Translations under genes and position numbers: made by a program
Shown: piece after piece, positions 39,477-52,355 of the stretch
Position numbering within the stretch: position 1 is the stretch's first letter
Layout: each line of letters starts with the position of its first letter
The notes under the pieces: model-generated
Seen by the model: the letters and a program-made list of their open reading frames with translations, nothing else
Database searches by the model: none
Told to the model about the DNA's origin: nothing
Source: Sphyrna mokarran
Lineage: Eukaryota
Direction: 5' to 3'
Assembly (NCBI GenBank): GCA_024679065.1
Contig: JAGIQG010000002.1
Coordinates: 134,416,001 to 134,480,000, forward strand
DNA length: 64,000 nucleotides

Positions 39477-39808
39477 ATAGAATCATTGAAATCATAGGAT
39501 CGCTTCAATACAGAAGGAGGCCATTCGGCCCATCCAGCCTGCACCAAAAACTATCCTCCTAGGCCATTTCCCATTAGTCTATGTAATTTACCCTGCTAAT
39601 CTCCCTGACACTAAGGGGCAATTTAGCACAGCCAAATCACCTAACCCGCACATCTTTGGGCTATGGGAGGAAACCAGAGCACCCACAGGAAACCTACGCA
39701 GACATAGAGAGAACATAAAAACTCCACACAGTCACTCAAAGCCGGAATTGAACCCGGGTCCCTGGTGATGTGAAGCAGCAGTGCTAACCATTGTGCCATC
39801 ATGCTGCC
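39477..39808 (-). mobile_element. HE1/V-SINE-like SINE, full length
   Basis: Minus head GGCAGCATGATGGCACAATGGTTAGCACTGCTGC..GGTTCAATTCC and (ATTCTATG) tail. Confidence 0.88.
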
Positions 39809-40212
39809 TGAACATTTAAAAGAGAAAGGACAACAGGTCACATTCAGTATAGGAGTAGAACTGCAGTTTCCGGTTCGGCAGTGAATCTGCAAGCAGATTG
39901 ACTGATAGCTGGGGCTCACAGACTTGCCCATCTCTCTAGAGAGTAACAGAGAGACCTAGGACTACCATCTACCCTCACTCCCCAAAAGTAAAGTTTCTCA
40001 GTGAAACAAATCCAGCATGAGAACCAAGGGAAAGAAGCAAGGTCAGGGGAGAGGGGCTATTAATGCTGACAAAAAAAAAGAAAATCTTACATTTTATACA
40101 ACTCTTATCATGATCAGCAGACATTTCAAAGTGTTTTACAGCTATTGAAGTACTGTTTGAAATGTAGTCATTATCACTGCATAGGAAATGCTGAGTGTAT
40201 TGACGCAATGCT

Positions 40213-40508
40213 CATAGAATCATAAACCCAACAGTGCAGCCTATCAAGCATGCAACAACAGCAATTCCACCCAGGCCCTATCCCTGTAATGCCAACTATT
40301 ATCCTGCTAGTCTTCCTGACACTGAGGGGCAATTTAGCATGGTCAATCAACCTAACTCACACATCTCCAGACTGTAGGAGAAAACCGGAGCATGCGAAGG
40401 AAACCCACAAAGACATGAGGAGATACTCCACACAGTCAGCGACCTGAGACTGGAATCAAACCTGGGTTCCTGGCACTGTGAAGCAGCACAGTAACCACAC
40501 TATCACCC
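40213..40508 (-). mobile_element. HE1/V-SINE-like SINE
   Basis: Homologous along its length to 39477-39808. Confidence 0.82.
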
Positions 40509-41574
40509 AGTATTAGACAGAAAGGAGCGAGTGGGCGCTCTCACTGTTACTGCACATTTCCCTTGTTTCAGAATCTGATGAGCTCAGCTCATGCAATTCA
40601 GCATGAAGAGATAGCATTCTGAGAAAGCAGCAGCTTTTATCGAATGGGACACTCTTACCCCACCAACTATAGTAGAAGAAGCAGCACTCACTCCCTGGAA
40701 TAGGAACGCACAAGGAATTGGTCCCAAAGATAGGGCAGTTTCTCTGCCACTATGGATGCCACTCCCCTCACCAACTCCCCCACCTCCCCCCAATCTCACA
40801 GGCAATATGGGATTTGCCTGTGATCCTGATTCAATCAAAATTCAAGATACAACAGCTTTGCAACAGACTGTCATGAGTTGAAGCTGTATGAAAAAACTCG
40901 GTGCTTTGAAGACCGTCTGTAATTAATAATTCTCAACTGTGCATTTCAGAGCGTCTCCTGTATATTTTGTCCGTTTACTCAGCTTTACAGGCCTCAGATA
41001 GTGAAATATATAAACCAAGTTAAAATGGGGTGATTACTGCAATCTGGAATTGTTATTTATAAAGAAAAGTATAGGCACTAGAAAATTTAAAAAGACTTTG
41101 TGAGTCAAGATAGTCTTTTCAGTCACTTTTAAAAAACAGGTTGTTTTTTAAATTGATAGTTGTTTCTCAAATGACAAAGTTAGTGTTGCAACATTTGCTA
41201 CTTCATCTGTCTTTGGAACTAGCCCTTAGCTCACGCTTATTCAAAAGGTGGACCATAGTCTACATATGGATACAAGGATTTGCTGGCTCGATGACAAACT
41301 GTCAATTGACTAGGCATGCACTGCCCACCCACTAACAGTAACAAGTGAAGGAGGCAAGAGGAGTGATGGATTTCTGCAACAACGCTTTCAGTAAGAGCGC
41401 TGCTGCAAACTGTCACAGTTGTCAAGGAAGAATTTGCAGCATCTGCTTTAATTTAACATCATTTTAACAACTTTTTAAGCAGTGAGCAAGCATACAAGAC
41501 GTCAGATCAAAAAAATTACAAAAATCACATGAACAGAACAAGTCTATTATTGTCTGCAGCATCATATTTGAAAC

Positions 41575-43230
41575 AGAGTTATGGAATGATTATAGCACTC
41601 AAGGCCACCACTGGCCCACTGTATTTATGCTGGCTTTCTATAACAGCAATTCAGCTAAGTTCCACTCTCTGTCCTTTTTCAACAGTCCTGTAATTTTTCT
41701 CTTTTCCAATCCTGTTCTGAAGGCTGAGTGGATATGCTTCTACCTCAAACAATGTATCCCAAATTCTAGTCACTTGCTGCATTAAAGTGTTTCCACAGCT
41801 TCTGCAAGATAATCAACTTAAACCAGTGCCCCCTGATGAACGACCATACCGTCAATAAGAACAATTTCTCTGTATTTAGATCCCTCATCATTTTGAGCGC
41901 CTGTCAAATTTTCTCTCAATCTTGTCTGCTCATAAGGAGAACAATTACAGTTTCTCCAATCTATCCATGTACTGAACTCGCTCATTTCTGGAACTATTCC
42001 CATAAATATTTTTCTGCATCCTCTCCAAAGTCTTAACAACCTTCCTTAAGTCTATTGCCCAGAATTGGATACAATACTTCAGTTGGCAACAAACTAGTGT
42101 TTTGTAAATATTTATGATGAACTTCTTGCTTTAATGTATATACTTCTATTAATAAAGCCCAGGATCCCATATTTCTTATGGACCACTTTCTCAAGCTACC
42201 CTTCTGATTTCAACAAGTTGTACATGAGAGGCCCAAAGGTTTAGGGAGGATGTGCAGAAAACTTTTTTTTTTACCCAAAGGGCGATGAAGGTTTGGAACA
42301 TGCTGCCTAGTGGTGGAGACAAGGGTGGAGTGTGATGGAGGCAAGTTGCCTCATAACCTTTAAAAAGTATCTGAATGAGCACTTGGCACATCAAAACGTT
42401 CAAGGCTATGGATCAAGTGCTGGTAAATGGGATTAGATGGGAGGTCAAGTGTTTTACACGTGTCGGTGCAGACTTGATAGCCGAAGAGCCTTTTTTACAC
42501 TGTACGATTCTACGATTCCAGTTTTGTATCTGCTGCAAAGTTTGAAATTGTACACCCAAGTCTAAGTCATTAATAAATCAAGAATAGCACCCTAACAGAG
42601 ATCAGGGAAACCTCACCATACATTGCCTCTACACTGAAAAACTCCAATACTTTACCACGACTTTCTGTTCCCTGCCATTTAGTCAACTTTGTATCCAAAA
42701 GAGGAATTGCTGAAAAATCTCAGTAGGTCTGGCAGTATCTGTAAGGACAGAATAGAGCTGACTTCTGAGTCCAGATGACAAAGGGTCATCTTTTGATTTC
42801 AGATTCCAGCATCCACAGTAATTTGTTTTTATCCAACTTTATATCCATGTTGCCATGTCCCTTTTATCACTTGGGCTTAAACTTTGCTGGCAAAGCAATT
42901 ACGTGACACATCAGCAAATGTTTTTGTTAGCCTGTGTACACCATGTCAATTATCTGTTTCCTTATCAAAAAGGTCAATCAATCTCGGTATACACGATTTG
43001 CCTTCAACAAATATGTGCTGGCTTTCCTTAATTAATTCACATATATAAGTGACTGCTAATTTTGTCCCAGATAATTGTTTTAAAAGCTCTCCTACCAATT
43101 TGCAATTCTCCAGTCCCAGAGACACCAGCCCATATTTAGAGGATTGCATGATGACAGCAAGTGACTCTGCAATTTCCAACCTTGCTTCCCTCAGTCAATA
43201 TCCTCGGATGCAACCCATCCAGTCCAGTTC
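41575..43230 (-). mobile_element. Old CR1 LINE with a nested plus-strand CR1 3' end (about 42222-42518) and a PLE remnant (42698-42833)
   Basis: Remnants LIKESQH.FVEGKSC..LIDLF and Y.TLVC.QLKYCIQFW. The nested CR1 ends ACGATTCTACGATTC. Confidence 0.75.
42698..42833. mobile_element. Penelope-like inverted pseudo-LTR mini-element (type 2) with a 14-bp target-site duplication
   Basis: Flanked by CAACTTTGTATCCA (42684-42697) and CAACTTTATATCCA (42834-42847). Orientation switches at GAGTCCAGATGAC/TGACAAAGGGTCATC. Confidence 0.75.
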
Positions 43231-43369
43231 ATCTTGGTGAACCATCTCCAATTTTCCACTTAAACATTCTGCACATCATCTGACATCTTTCCCTACATGT
43301 AAATTTTTCTCTCCCCTTCTTTTTAAATAAGCTCAACTGCAATATCTGATTAAGTTTGCAAACTTTTAC

Positions 43370-43494
43370 CTGAGAGAGCATCCTGAGCCTCGAAGAATGT
43401 GCTGAGGCCTCCTTTCACATAGGCTAAGCTGCCCTCATTCTTCTTGTTTGCCTGCTTCCTCAAAAAATTTGCAGCAACTTTTAGTTGATCAAAG
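43370..43494 (-). CDS. EXOC2: EXOC2 coding exon (125 nt; equivalent to human exon 6)
   Basis: Translates [41 protein letters not shown]. Acceptor TCCCAG, donor GTAAAA. Confidence 0.98.
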
Positions 43495-44189
43495 CTGGGA
43501 CATGAAAGAGAGGAAAAAAATAGCATATTAATACAAAAGATAAACAACAGAAAAAGAATGTGATAAATTGCCTCGACTCTTTGACAGTAAGGAACTGATC
43601 ATTTAAAGGAAAAGAATTTGACTAAGTTTATTTCTAAGTAAACTCAAAACATGCAAGTATCTTGTCTTCCTCTACCCAAAAAAATGATCAAAAATAGTAT
43701 TTGCACATTATTTTAAAAATCCATCCTTAGGATGTGACCATTATTGATCATTTATTGATAATCCCACCTACCCTTGAAAGTCACCTCTTAAAACAACTGA
43801 AGTCCATATGATGAAGGTGTCCCTACAACAGTGTTAAGAAGATGGGTTCTACGATTTTGATTTGGTGGAAATGAAGGAATGGCAATATCTGTCCAAATCA
43901 AGGTGATGCATGGTGGAGAGAAACTTGGAGGTGATAGTGTTCCCACATACTTGTTACTCTTGTCTTTCTAGGTAATAGAAGTCACTGGTTTGGGAGATGT
44001 CATCCACTTAAGACCATAAAAAATATTTTCAGGGGACTAAACACATCATTCAACTTTCAAGTTTCTAAATGTTAATGAAAGAAAATATTTTACCATTTTT
44101 TCAGCCTAATAATCAGAGTAAATTTATTATAAATACCCTCTACAACTCTGAGAATGATATTAAAATATGATAATAACCTAAATACTTTT

Positions 44190-44745
44190 GTTCATTTGTG
44201 GGATGTTAGCATCACTGGATAAGCCTGCATTTGTTGCCCTTCCTTAATTCCACTTGAGAAGAAGATTATGTGCTGCTTCTAGAACCACTGCAATCCATAT
44301 GCCCTAGAAACACCTATATTGCTGTTCGGAAAGGAGTACCAGGAATTTGATCCAGTGACAGGGAAGGAACGGTGATATAGTTCTAAGTCAGATGACTTGG
44401 AGAGGAACTTGCAAATGGTGGTATTCTCGTACATCTGACGTCTTTGTCCATTTACATGGTAGAAGTCCCGGGTTTGGAAAGCACTGCTGCAGAAGCCTTG
44501 ATGAGTTGCTGCAGTACATCTAGTAAATGGTATACACTCGGTGACGGAGGGAAATTTTGAAATGATGGACGGGGTGCTAATCAAGCAGGCTACTTTTTCC
44601 TGAGTGGTGTCAAACTTCGAGTGTTGTTGGGGTTCACTCATCCAGGCAAGTGGCGAGTATTCCATCGCACTTCTGGCTTGTGTCTTGTGGATGGAGGACA
44701 GGCTTTGGGGAGTCAGGAGATGAGTTACTTTCTGCAGAAGGTGGG
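44190..44745 (-). mobile_element. Family-B LINE 3' end
   Basis: Peptide VTHLLTPQSLSSIHKTQARSAMEYSPLAWMS, homologous to 18755-19262. Confidence 0.8.
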
Positions 44746-47700
44746 TTCCAGGAAATGATATTGGAATATACTTCAATAGCATACAGATGGGTTTTTAGTT
44801 TGATGCATATTTCCAAAAACACATGGAATCTTCCTTCTCGTCCGTTAACACAACAGATTATATTGTTCTTTCTTGATTTTAACTTGAGCATAAAATTAAG
44901 GCAGGACAAAACAAATTAGATACAGATCAAGAATATAACACCATCTGAGGAATCTTACAGTATGCATCTCTTTCTCTCTACAGCTTAAACTTGCATTTAT
45001 TCAGCCAATACTATTACTGTCTGAACAACCAGGCAATGAATGACAGAATGAGCTAACTGTTACACTCAAACATTTATTTATGGAGGCTCATTACAAACAT
45101 ATACCTCCAAACCCAGTATGGTTTCAGTTTGTTGCTATATGTGAATCTCCAGTTATTGTCCACCACCTGAATAGAACTAAACATTAAGTTAACATAGTGA
45201 GTGGGCATTTGGCAGAGTGCATATCACCTCAATGTGTGTTAACTCAATGCTGTTGGAGTTACACAACTTCCCCTAAAGCTTTTCCCTCCCTGGTTGATGC
45301 TCTATAGCTACAAAGTCAAAAAAAAAAATGACTCTGTTAAGGGCTTCCATCTCACTGAGAAGACTTCAGGCCAATCCACAACCAACAACCTGCTCTGAAA
45401 ATTCTGCTCACATTTTGACAGCTGTCATAAATTCCATTACAACAGCTAAGACAATCCACAACATTCTAAAACAATAAACAACATCCTAAAAACAAAGAAA
45501 GTTTGTCCAATCACCCGAAGTTAATACATCCTTTAAAACATTCTTAAGATCTACATCTGGATTCATACCTTCATCAAAAAACTAATCAGTACTTCCACTA
45601 TAGGCCATACCCTATAACCCTACCATGCTTTGTTGAAATCTGGCCATTAGTTATCAAGATACATTGCTTACGATCAAACAGACTGACAAACAGGGACGAA
45701 AACATTACTCTGCCTACCTTGAGTGGTGTTAAGTACCTAGTAGTAATAATCCTGTTTAAGAACCACCTCTTTAAGCCATTTGAAGACTCTTAAATACACA
45801 GTAAATTTTCCCAGTCATGAAACAATTGCAGAAATTATTTCTGCACATTTTTAGTACGCAGAATAATGCCAATGAAACACAGCAATAAATCTATTCTTGA
45901 ATAATTTAAAGATGAACATTGTGCTATTATTAAACAAAAATATTATTAACGCGCTCTGAATTAATGGTATATAGTGGAGGAACATTGACAGGGCGATTGG
46001 GAAATAGAAGGGAAATGGAACTAACTGGATAAATCTTTCAAAGAGCCATATAAGGTATGATAGCTGAATGGCTCTCTTCTGTGCTGTATCTTTTGATTAT
46101 ATGTGAAACCTATGGGCCATAAGGAAGACAATGTGGACAATGTTAGTTCTTGATACACACAACTACCTGAAAGCCTGCATACTTTCCAAGTTTTCACTGT
46201 GCATCATGTGAAATAACAACATATAAGACTGTGGCATATTCATCCTTCCAAATAACATTTTCTCTCATACTCTCACACAAATAAAACATGTGCAGTCTAA
46301 CATTAATTACAAAGTCCTTTCAGAACACATCGTATTATCTAACACAAATGCATCTGACGACAAGTTAGGAGAATCTACACCACCAGTTTCCAATAACCAA
46401 AATTTCAATCCAGCAGCTAAATCATAGAACAAGGAAAGATATCACTGTTCCTCTGAAGTCATAAGTATGGTGCAATCCTTTAATTTAATTGATTCTCAAA
46501 CGTGGATTTCAGCCAATAATAGATCCGTACAAGAATATAAAAATATAAGAAATAGGGGCAGGAAGCAGCATTCAGCCCCTTTGAGCCTGCTCTGGCATTT
46601 AATATGATCATGGCTGATCTTGGACTTCAATGCCACTTTCTTGCCTCTTCCAATATCCCCCAATCCCCTAAGACACCAAAAATTGATCTATTTCATAATG
46701 TCACATCCATGACTCTCCGAGGTAGAGAATTCCAAAGCTTCATAACTACTTCATTCTTTGTTATTACTCAATGTGTTGAAGTTTGCATCCTCTTCATTTT
46801 TTAAGAAAATGCACAATACTCCACAGCTGTACAAGAACTGCAGTAGTCAGGCTCATAATTAATTCTGGTCCTAAGTTCATGTTAAACACCTGAAGTTTTT
46901 CAGCACAGAATTACCTCTCAATTTCTTGTATGACAAATTCCAAGACAGGGTACTGTTTCAGTAAAAATCTGTTCTAGATTGTTTCTCATGCTCAAGAACC
47001 CCAAGCTCAACAAGAAACAAAATAGTACACAACTGCATTACTGGCTTTCTGATTGAACAATGCTCTGTTTATTCACTATTGTCAACTAAAGTTCTTTAGT
47101 TAAAAGTGACTGAAGTGAACAGAACTGGTGCCTGCAAGCAAATTTAGAATAAAGTTATAGTGTCTGTCAGTCACTTGTCCTAATTTCTGTTGTTTTATAG
47201 GTGGTCAGAGCTAAGACTGACTTCCACTTCCTGTTACCTGTGTTTTAAATTTAGACTATGGAGTTTTTATGTTTATACTTGCAAGTTTCAGGCAGGAAAG
47301 TAATTTTAAGCACAAATCAACTTCCTTCAAAGGAGAAAACAGACAAAAGTTAACCAAAACAGCAGAACTCTCAACCTTGCGTCTAGGTTAAATAGAGTAC
47401 TTTTTTTTTTTAAAGTTGTGGTTCAAGCTACCCATTATTTTCACTTCTCTACATTCTCTGTAGCACAAGCTTCTTAGAAAAGAAGTCTCATAAACTATAT
47501 TATTCATTTTTTTTCTCTGCGGATTTTGAATTAACAAGGACACCCCGATTCCATGAGCACAAGAACCTCTTCAGGATGGTTTGTAAAAGGGAAGTTGATA
47601 TTTCAGACAATAAGCACTTCCTCTTGAATAAGACAAAATGATACACCACCCAATTCTCTTTGCCAACTAGGCTTTAGGTTCACTTTAAAATCAACATATT

Positions 47701-47767
47701 GAACCATTGCTACATCTTTAAAACCATGAAAAAAAAGAAAGCCGTGGCATAAAATCATCCACTCACA

Positions 47768-48046
47768 GGTGCACAGTGGTTAGCACTTCTGCCTCACTGT
47801 GCCAGGGAACGAGGTTCGATTCCTGGCCTTGGGTCACTGCCTACACGGAGTGTGCATGTTCTCCTCGTCTCTGTGTGGATTTCCTCTAGGTACTCTGGTT
47901 TCCTCCCACAGTCAAAGATGTGCTGTGTAGGTGTATTGGCCATTCTAAATTCTCCCTTAGGCGCGGACTGTGATGACTAGGGGATTTTCACAGTAACTTC
48001 ATTTCAGTGTTAACGTAACCTACTTATGACATGAATAAATAAACTT
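47768..48046 (+). mobile_element. HE1-like SINE with the alternative 3' tail
   Basis: GCACAGTGGTTAGCAC..GGTTCGATTCC head and CTAGGGGATTTTCACAGTAACTTCATT..AATAAATAAACTTT tail. Confidence 0.85.
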
Positions 48047-49929
48047 TTATAAGATAATTTGTTCATATACTATCAAATGAGAAAACATCATACAGAAATT
48101 AATTTTATTCCTCAGTGAGGAAGATTTCGCTGGGAGTCTAAGCCACAAATATTTTCCTCTGTAATCAATACCCAAGATCCAGCCATAATTGCAATAAGTG
48201 CAATTAGCGCTCACCTGTGGAAGCAATGTCCTGAAGGCTGCATCTAACATATCAACGTTTTTAGAGAAATATGTATATGGGAATGAAGAAAAAAGGCTCA
48301 AATGCAATAGAAGATAAAAAGATTTGGTAGTCAGCAGGTGATCCTATCAAAGGGAGTGAAATTACACAAGCTATAAAAACTGATTATTAATTACACATAA
48401 GCAATTACAGAACATAAAAATAGGAAAACTTAAAAATATATTTTGTTTTTCAATTATTAAGTAAGCCTCCCGTGGTACAAAAGCAATAAATTTCATATTT
48501 CGCAAACAGCTAGAATTTTCAAACCAAATCAAAAATAGATTAATTAATCCTTTGAGGACAGCAAAAGCAATTTTATACCAAAAAATAATTTTTAAAAAAA
48601 GCAACTTGCACTCAGCTTCAGATCCAGCAATGGTGAGCAAATCATTGTGGTAGTCAGAATTTAAGAAAACAAATTCTACGAACAGAAATAATTATTTTTC
48701 CAGAGCTCCATAAATATTCGAGGATAGTAGTTTAGGAGATGTAGTTTAGTGAATGCCGATAGTGGGAAAGATGTTTGGCAGTGTTAAGTAGCATAAGTGT
48801 CGAGAGTTCAGTAGAGATAATGCTTCATAAACCAAATGGCATTCTTTGAAGGTGACAAGATGCCAGTGGACAAGATAATCCATTAAATACAGTTTACTTA
48901 GGATTTTCAAATAGATTTGACACATTTCTTCATGTTAGTTAGTAAGGAGGCTTAGGGGATGTTGAAGAGTTGACAAGTTGTAAAGATGGACTGCCAACAA
49001 AAGAGGAAGGGAATAAAGGGAAAACGCTCAGCCTCGGAAAAAGGAACCAAAGGATTGCTACAGAATTCTACTTTGGAAACCCTGTTATTTAAAATATTAG
49101 CAAGATATGAAGCAGGATGTACATGGCAGTTTTTTAAAATTTGCTTATGGTATCAAACTCTGCAGCCAATTATTAAACAGAAATTTTCAGAGAGACTGGG
49201 ACAAATTACAAAGACTCAGATGTGGCAGATGGCAGTTCCAGCTTCCCAATTATCTGTCTGAACTTTCTGTGGGAGAAATGGACTTACTGATACATTCCTT
49301 CTAATATTTATTTATCGATTTGTACTTTGTTCTCCTTCTTTATTAAATAAAGTAGGATTATTTCCTTTTGTTCTGTTACTTGTCTTGTATTTCTCTTGAT
49401 TCAGTTAACAAGGTGATGCTGAAATATATTCATCTGATTTTTTTTTCCTGATATGACAAATGACGGTGATTCCAGCACTCCAGAAAACACCACCTTCAGA
49501 GAGATTTTTGTCTGTGTGATGCATGGTGCCTCAAAATCTCCACATAAATAATAATTAATTTTAATGAAAAAGATTGCAGAATGCTGATTATTAACTCATT
49601 TAGTCATTACCACTCATTTGGCTCCATCTATTTTTCAGGTTTATTTTACAATTTTCAGTATGAAGAGTTTCAGGAAAACCTTCACAAAATTGAAAATATA
49701 TGTCTGGTGCACAAAAGCTCTACCTGCCTGATGCTGAGTAACCTCTGCTTGAAAATATATTCCTCATCACCGAAAATGCATTTTTGAAATCTGCTGCCAA
49801 TGACGACGTCTGCAACACATTTGTGTGCAGATTTTATGCTGCATTATCTACTATCAAAGGCAATGCTTTCTGCTTTTGAGAGACAAAAAAACTACCAATC
49901 TTCCCAAAAGCTGGCTTTGACAAATCCAT

Positions 49930-50100
49930 GATGTGGAAATGCCAGTGTTGGACTGGGATGGGCACAGTGAGAAGTCTCACAATACCAGGTTAAAGTCCAA
50001 CAGGTTTATTCATCAGGTGATGAAGGAACAGTGCTCTGAAAGCTTGTGGCTTGTGCTAACAAATAAACCTGTTGGACTTTAATCTGGTGTTGTGAGACTT
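49930..50100. mobile_element. Fold-back Penelope-like mini-element (type 1)
   Basis: AAGTCTCACAATACCAGGTTAAAGTCCAACAGGTTTATT pairs with AATAAACCTGTTGGACTTTAATCTGGTGTTGTGAGACTT. The centre is two fused hammerhead cores. Confidence 0.85.
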
Positions 50101-50366
50101 TTTATTTTGACAAATCCAACAGGCTTATTTCAGAATTGCCGCAGGTGGATCCCATCAGTAAACCAGGAGCAGCCACCACTGCTGCCCGCCCATCCTTCTC
50201 TGGACTTTTTTACCAAAGTAATGGTGGAAGGTTCAGAAAAACAGAGTACGTTTACATGGAAGGTTTTCTTTCAAACTGTATTTGGAATAGTGAAATTGGA
50301 GAAGTGAGGCTAATTTGACAATGCCAGAAATTCAAACTAAGCATGTGGATACCTAATGTCACTAAC

Positions 50367-50480
50367 CTTGTGGCAGAATGATTTTCTATCAGGTACCAAG
50401 TGGCGGAGAACTTTTCACTGGTGAAGTCACCACTCATGCCCTGAAATAATCCTTCCAGGTCCTTCTGAGGAACCCTGCCT
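50367..50480 (-). CDS. EXOC2: EXOC2/Sec5 internal coding exon (114 nt; equivalent to human exon 5)
   Basis: Translates [37 protein letters not shown], matching recalled human [37 protein letters not shown]. Acceptor TTTCCTTTTGCAG, donor GTTAGT. Phase 2 joins the next exon as AG|C = Ser. Confidence 0.97.
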
Positions 50481-51139
50481 CTGCAAAAGGAAATGAAAAA
50501 ATACTCATAAAAATTCTTAGTTGGCGTGTTAAACATACAATAGAGCAAATTCAAAGCTGCAGTATTTGTAAAACAGGCAAGTTTTTAAAGACTATATTTT
50601 ATCAGTAATTTAAGTTAACAGGTTATATTACTTCACCACCTACAAAACTTGCCTTGCAATCAGAAAGATAGTTTGATGAAGATAGTTATTTTTCACAAAA
50701 TTCTCAACTGAAACTGTCACAGAACTGTGCAATTTTAAGGAACAGAGAATCACTAGTGAACCATTTCACAGTAAATTAATGCAATTTGATAATTATGACA
50801 ACTATTACTTTGCACAGTATACCTGGAATTCTGTTCAGTTTAAATTCCCTTCTGTTTAAATTGTAATAGATTCCTTCAGCAACAATTTAAATATATGGTC
50901 CTGGATTTTGCTGTTAGCAATGTGGGCTTTTGCATGAGAATCTTCAATAATTAGAGTGTCAAAATATGGGATCTGGAATCCAACTAAACAGGACATGTCC
51001 TCTTAACCGATCAGACTGAAGCATTTTTACTGTGATATAGAGTCTAAACTGGTAAAGTCAGAACATTTAATTCAAGATAAAATTATGTTAAGAAGGTAAA
51101 GAAAAATTCAAGTTAAATCAAATCACTGAAATCTTAAAA

Positions 51140-51830
51140 AACATAGAAACTGTCAGAAGGCCATTCGGCCCTTTGAGTCTGCTCCACATTTCAGTGTGAC
51201 CATGGCTGATCCTCAATTCAATGTCTTTTTCCACTTTCTCCACATACCCCTTAATGCCATTAAAAAACTAAAAAATTCTCTTTCTTGAATTCATTGGTCT
51301 CTACAGCCTTCTGTGGTAAAGAATTCCACAGGTTCACTACCCCGAGTGAAGGAATCTTTTCTCTTCTCAGTCCTAAAAGGTCTACCTCATATCCTGAGAT
51401 TTTGTCCCTTGTTTCTAGATTCCCTAAACAAGAAAAACACCCTTCCTGTATCTAATCTATTAGAATTGTATACGTTTCAATCAGGTCTCCTCTCATTCTT
51501 CTAAACTCTAGTGAATACAGGCCCAGTCGAAGTGACCTCTCCTCATAGGACAATTTCACCAATCCCAGTACCAGCCTAGTAAAATTCTGCTGCACCTTTA
51601 CTATGGAAAGTGTATTCTTACGGAGGGAAACCAAAACTGCACGTAATACTCCAGGCGTGGACTCCCTGTGTAACTGCAATAAGACATCTCTCCTTCCAAA
51701 TCCAAATCCTCTTGCAATGAAGGCCAACATATCATTTGTCTTTCTAATTGTTTGTTGCACCTGTCTCCACTTTCATTGACTGGTGTACAGAAACACCCAG
51801 ATTCCTCCATACATCCTCACTTCCTAATTT
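51140..51830 (-). mobile_element. CR1 LINE 3' fragment
   Basis: Peptides KTNDMLAFIARGF, RLEYYVQFW and LSYEERSLRLGLYSLEFRRMRGDLIETY. Confidence 0.88.
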
Positions 51831-52019
51831 GCCAGTCTCTTGCTCTTTCTAGGATGTAGCATACTTTGTGCTCCCACTCTCAGGACAGTGCTCTTTCTAT
51901 GTTCAAACCAGACTTCCAATCTTGCATCCTCTGGACTCCAACTGCTCCAGATTTTTGATGCGTCTCCAAGCTTCTTTCCCCTCTACGATCCTGCTCTCTG
52001 CTGACTTCATTCTACAAAT

Positions 52020-52355
52020 ATCTGAACTAGAAACAGGAATAGACCACTTAGTTCCTGGAGCCTGCTTTGTCAATCAGTAAGATCGTGGTTGATCTGCTTG
52101 CAACTTCAACCCCACATTCCTGCATTATGCCGATAACCTTTCACCTCCTTGTTAATCAAAAATCTATCTAGCTCTGCTTTTAAATATTCAAGATTGTGCT
52201 TCTGCTGCTGCCTTTTGAGAAAGAGTTCCAGAAACTTTCAATCCTCAAAGAAAAATTCTCCTCATCTATATTAGATGAATCCCTTTTTTAAAAAATGGTC
52301 CGTAGTTTCTCTCCACATCCACTCTGTCAATACCGTTCAGGATCTTACAGGTTTG
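52020..52355 (-). mobile_element. CR1 LINE 3' tail fragment
   Basis: Reverse complement resembles 62975-63345 (AAGATCCTGAACGGTATTGACAGAGTGGATGTGGAGAG; GGTTATCGG). Confidence 0.7.
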
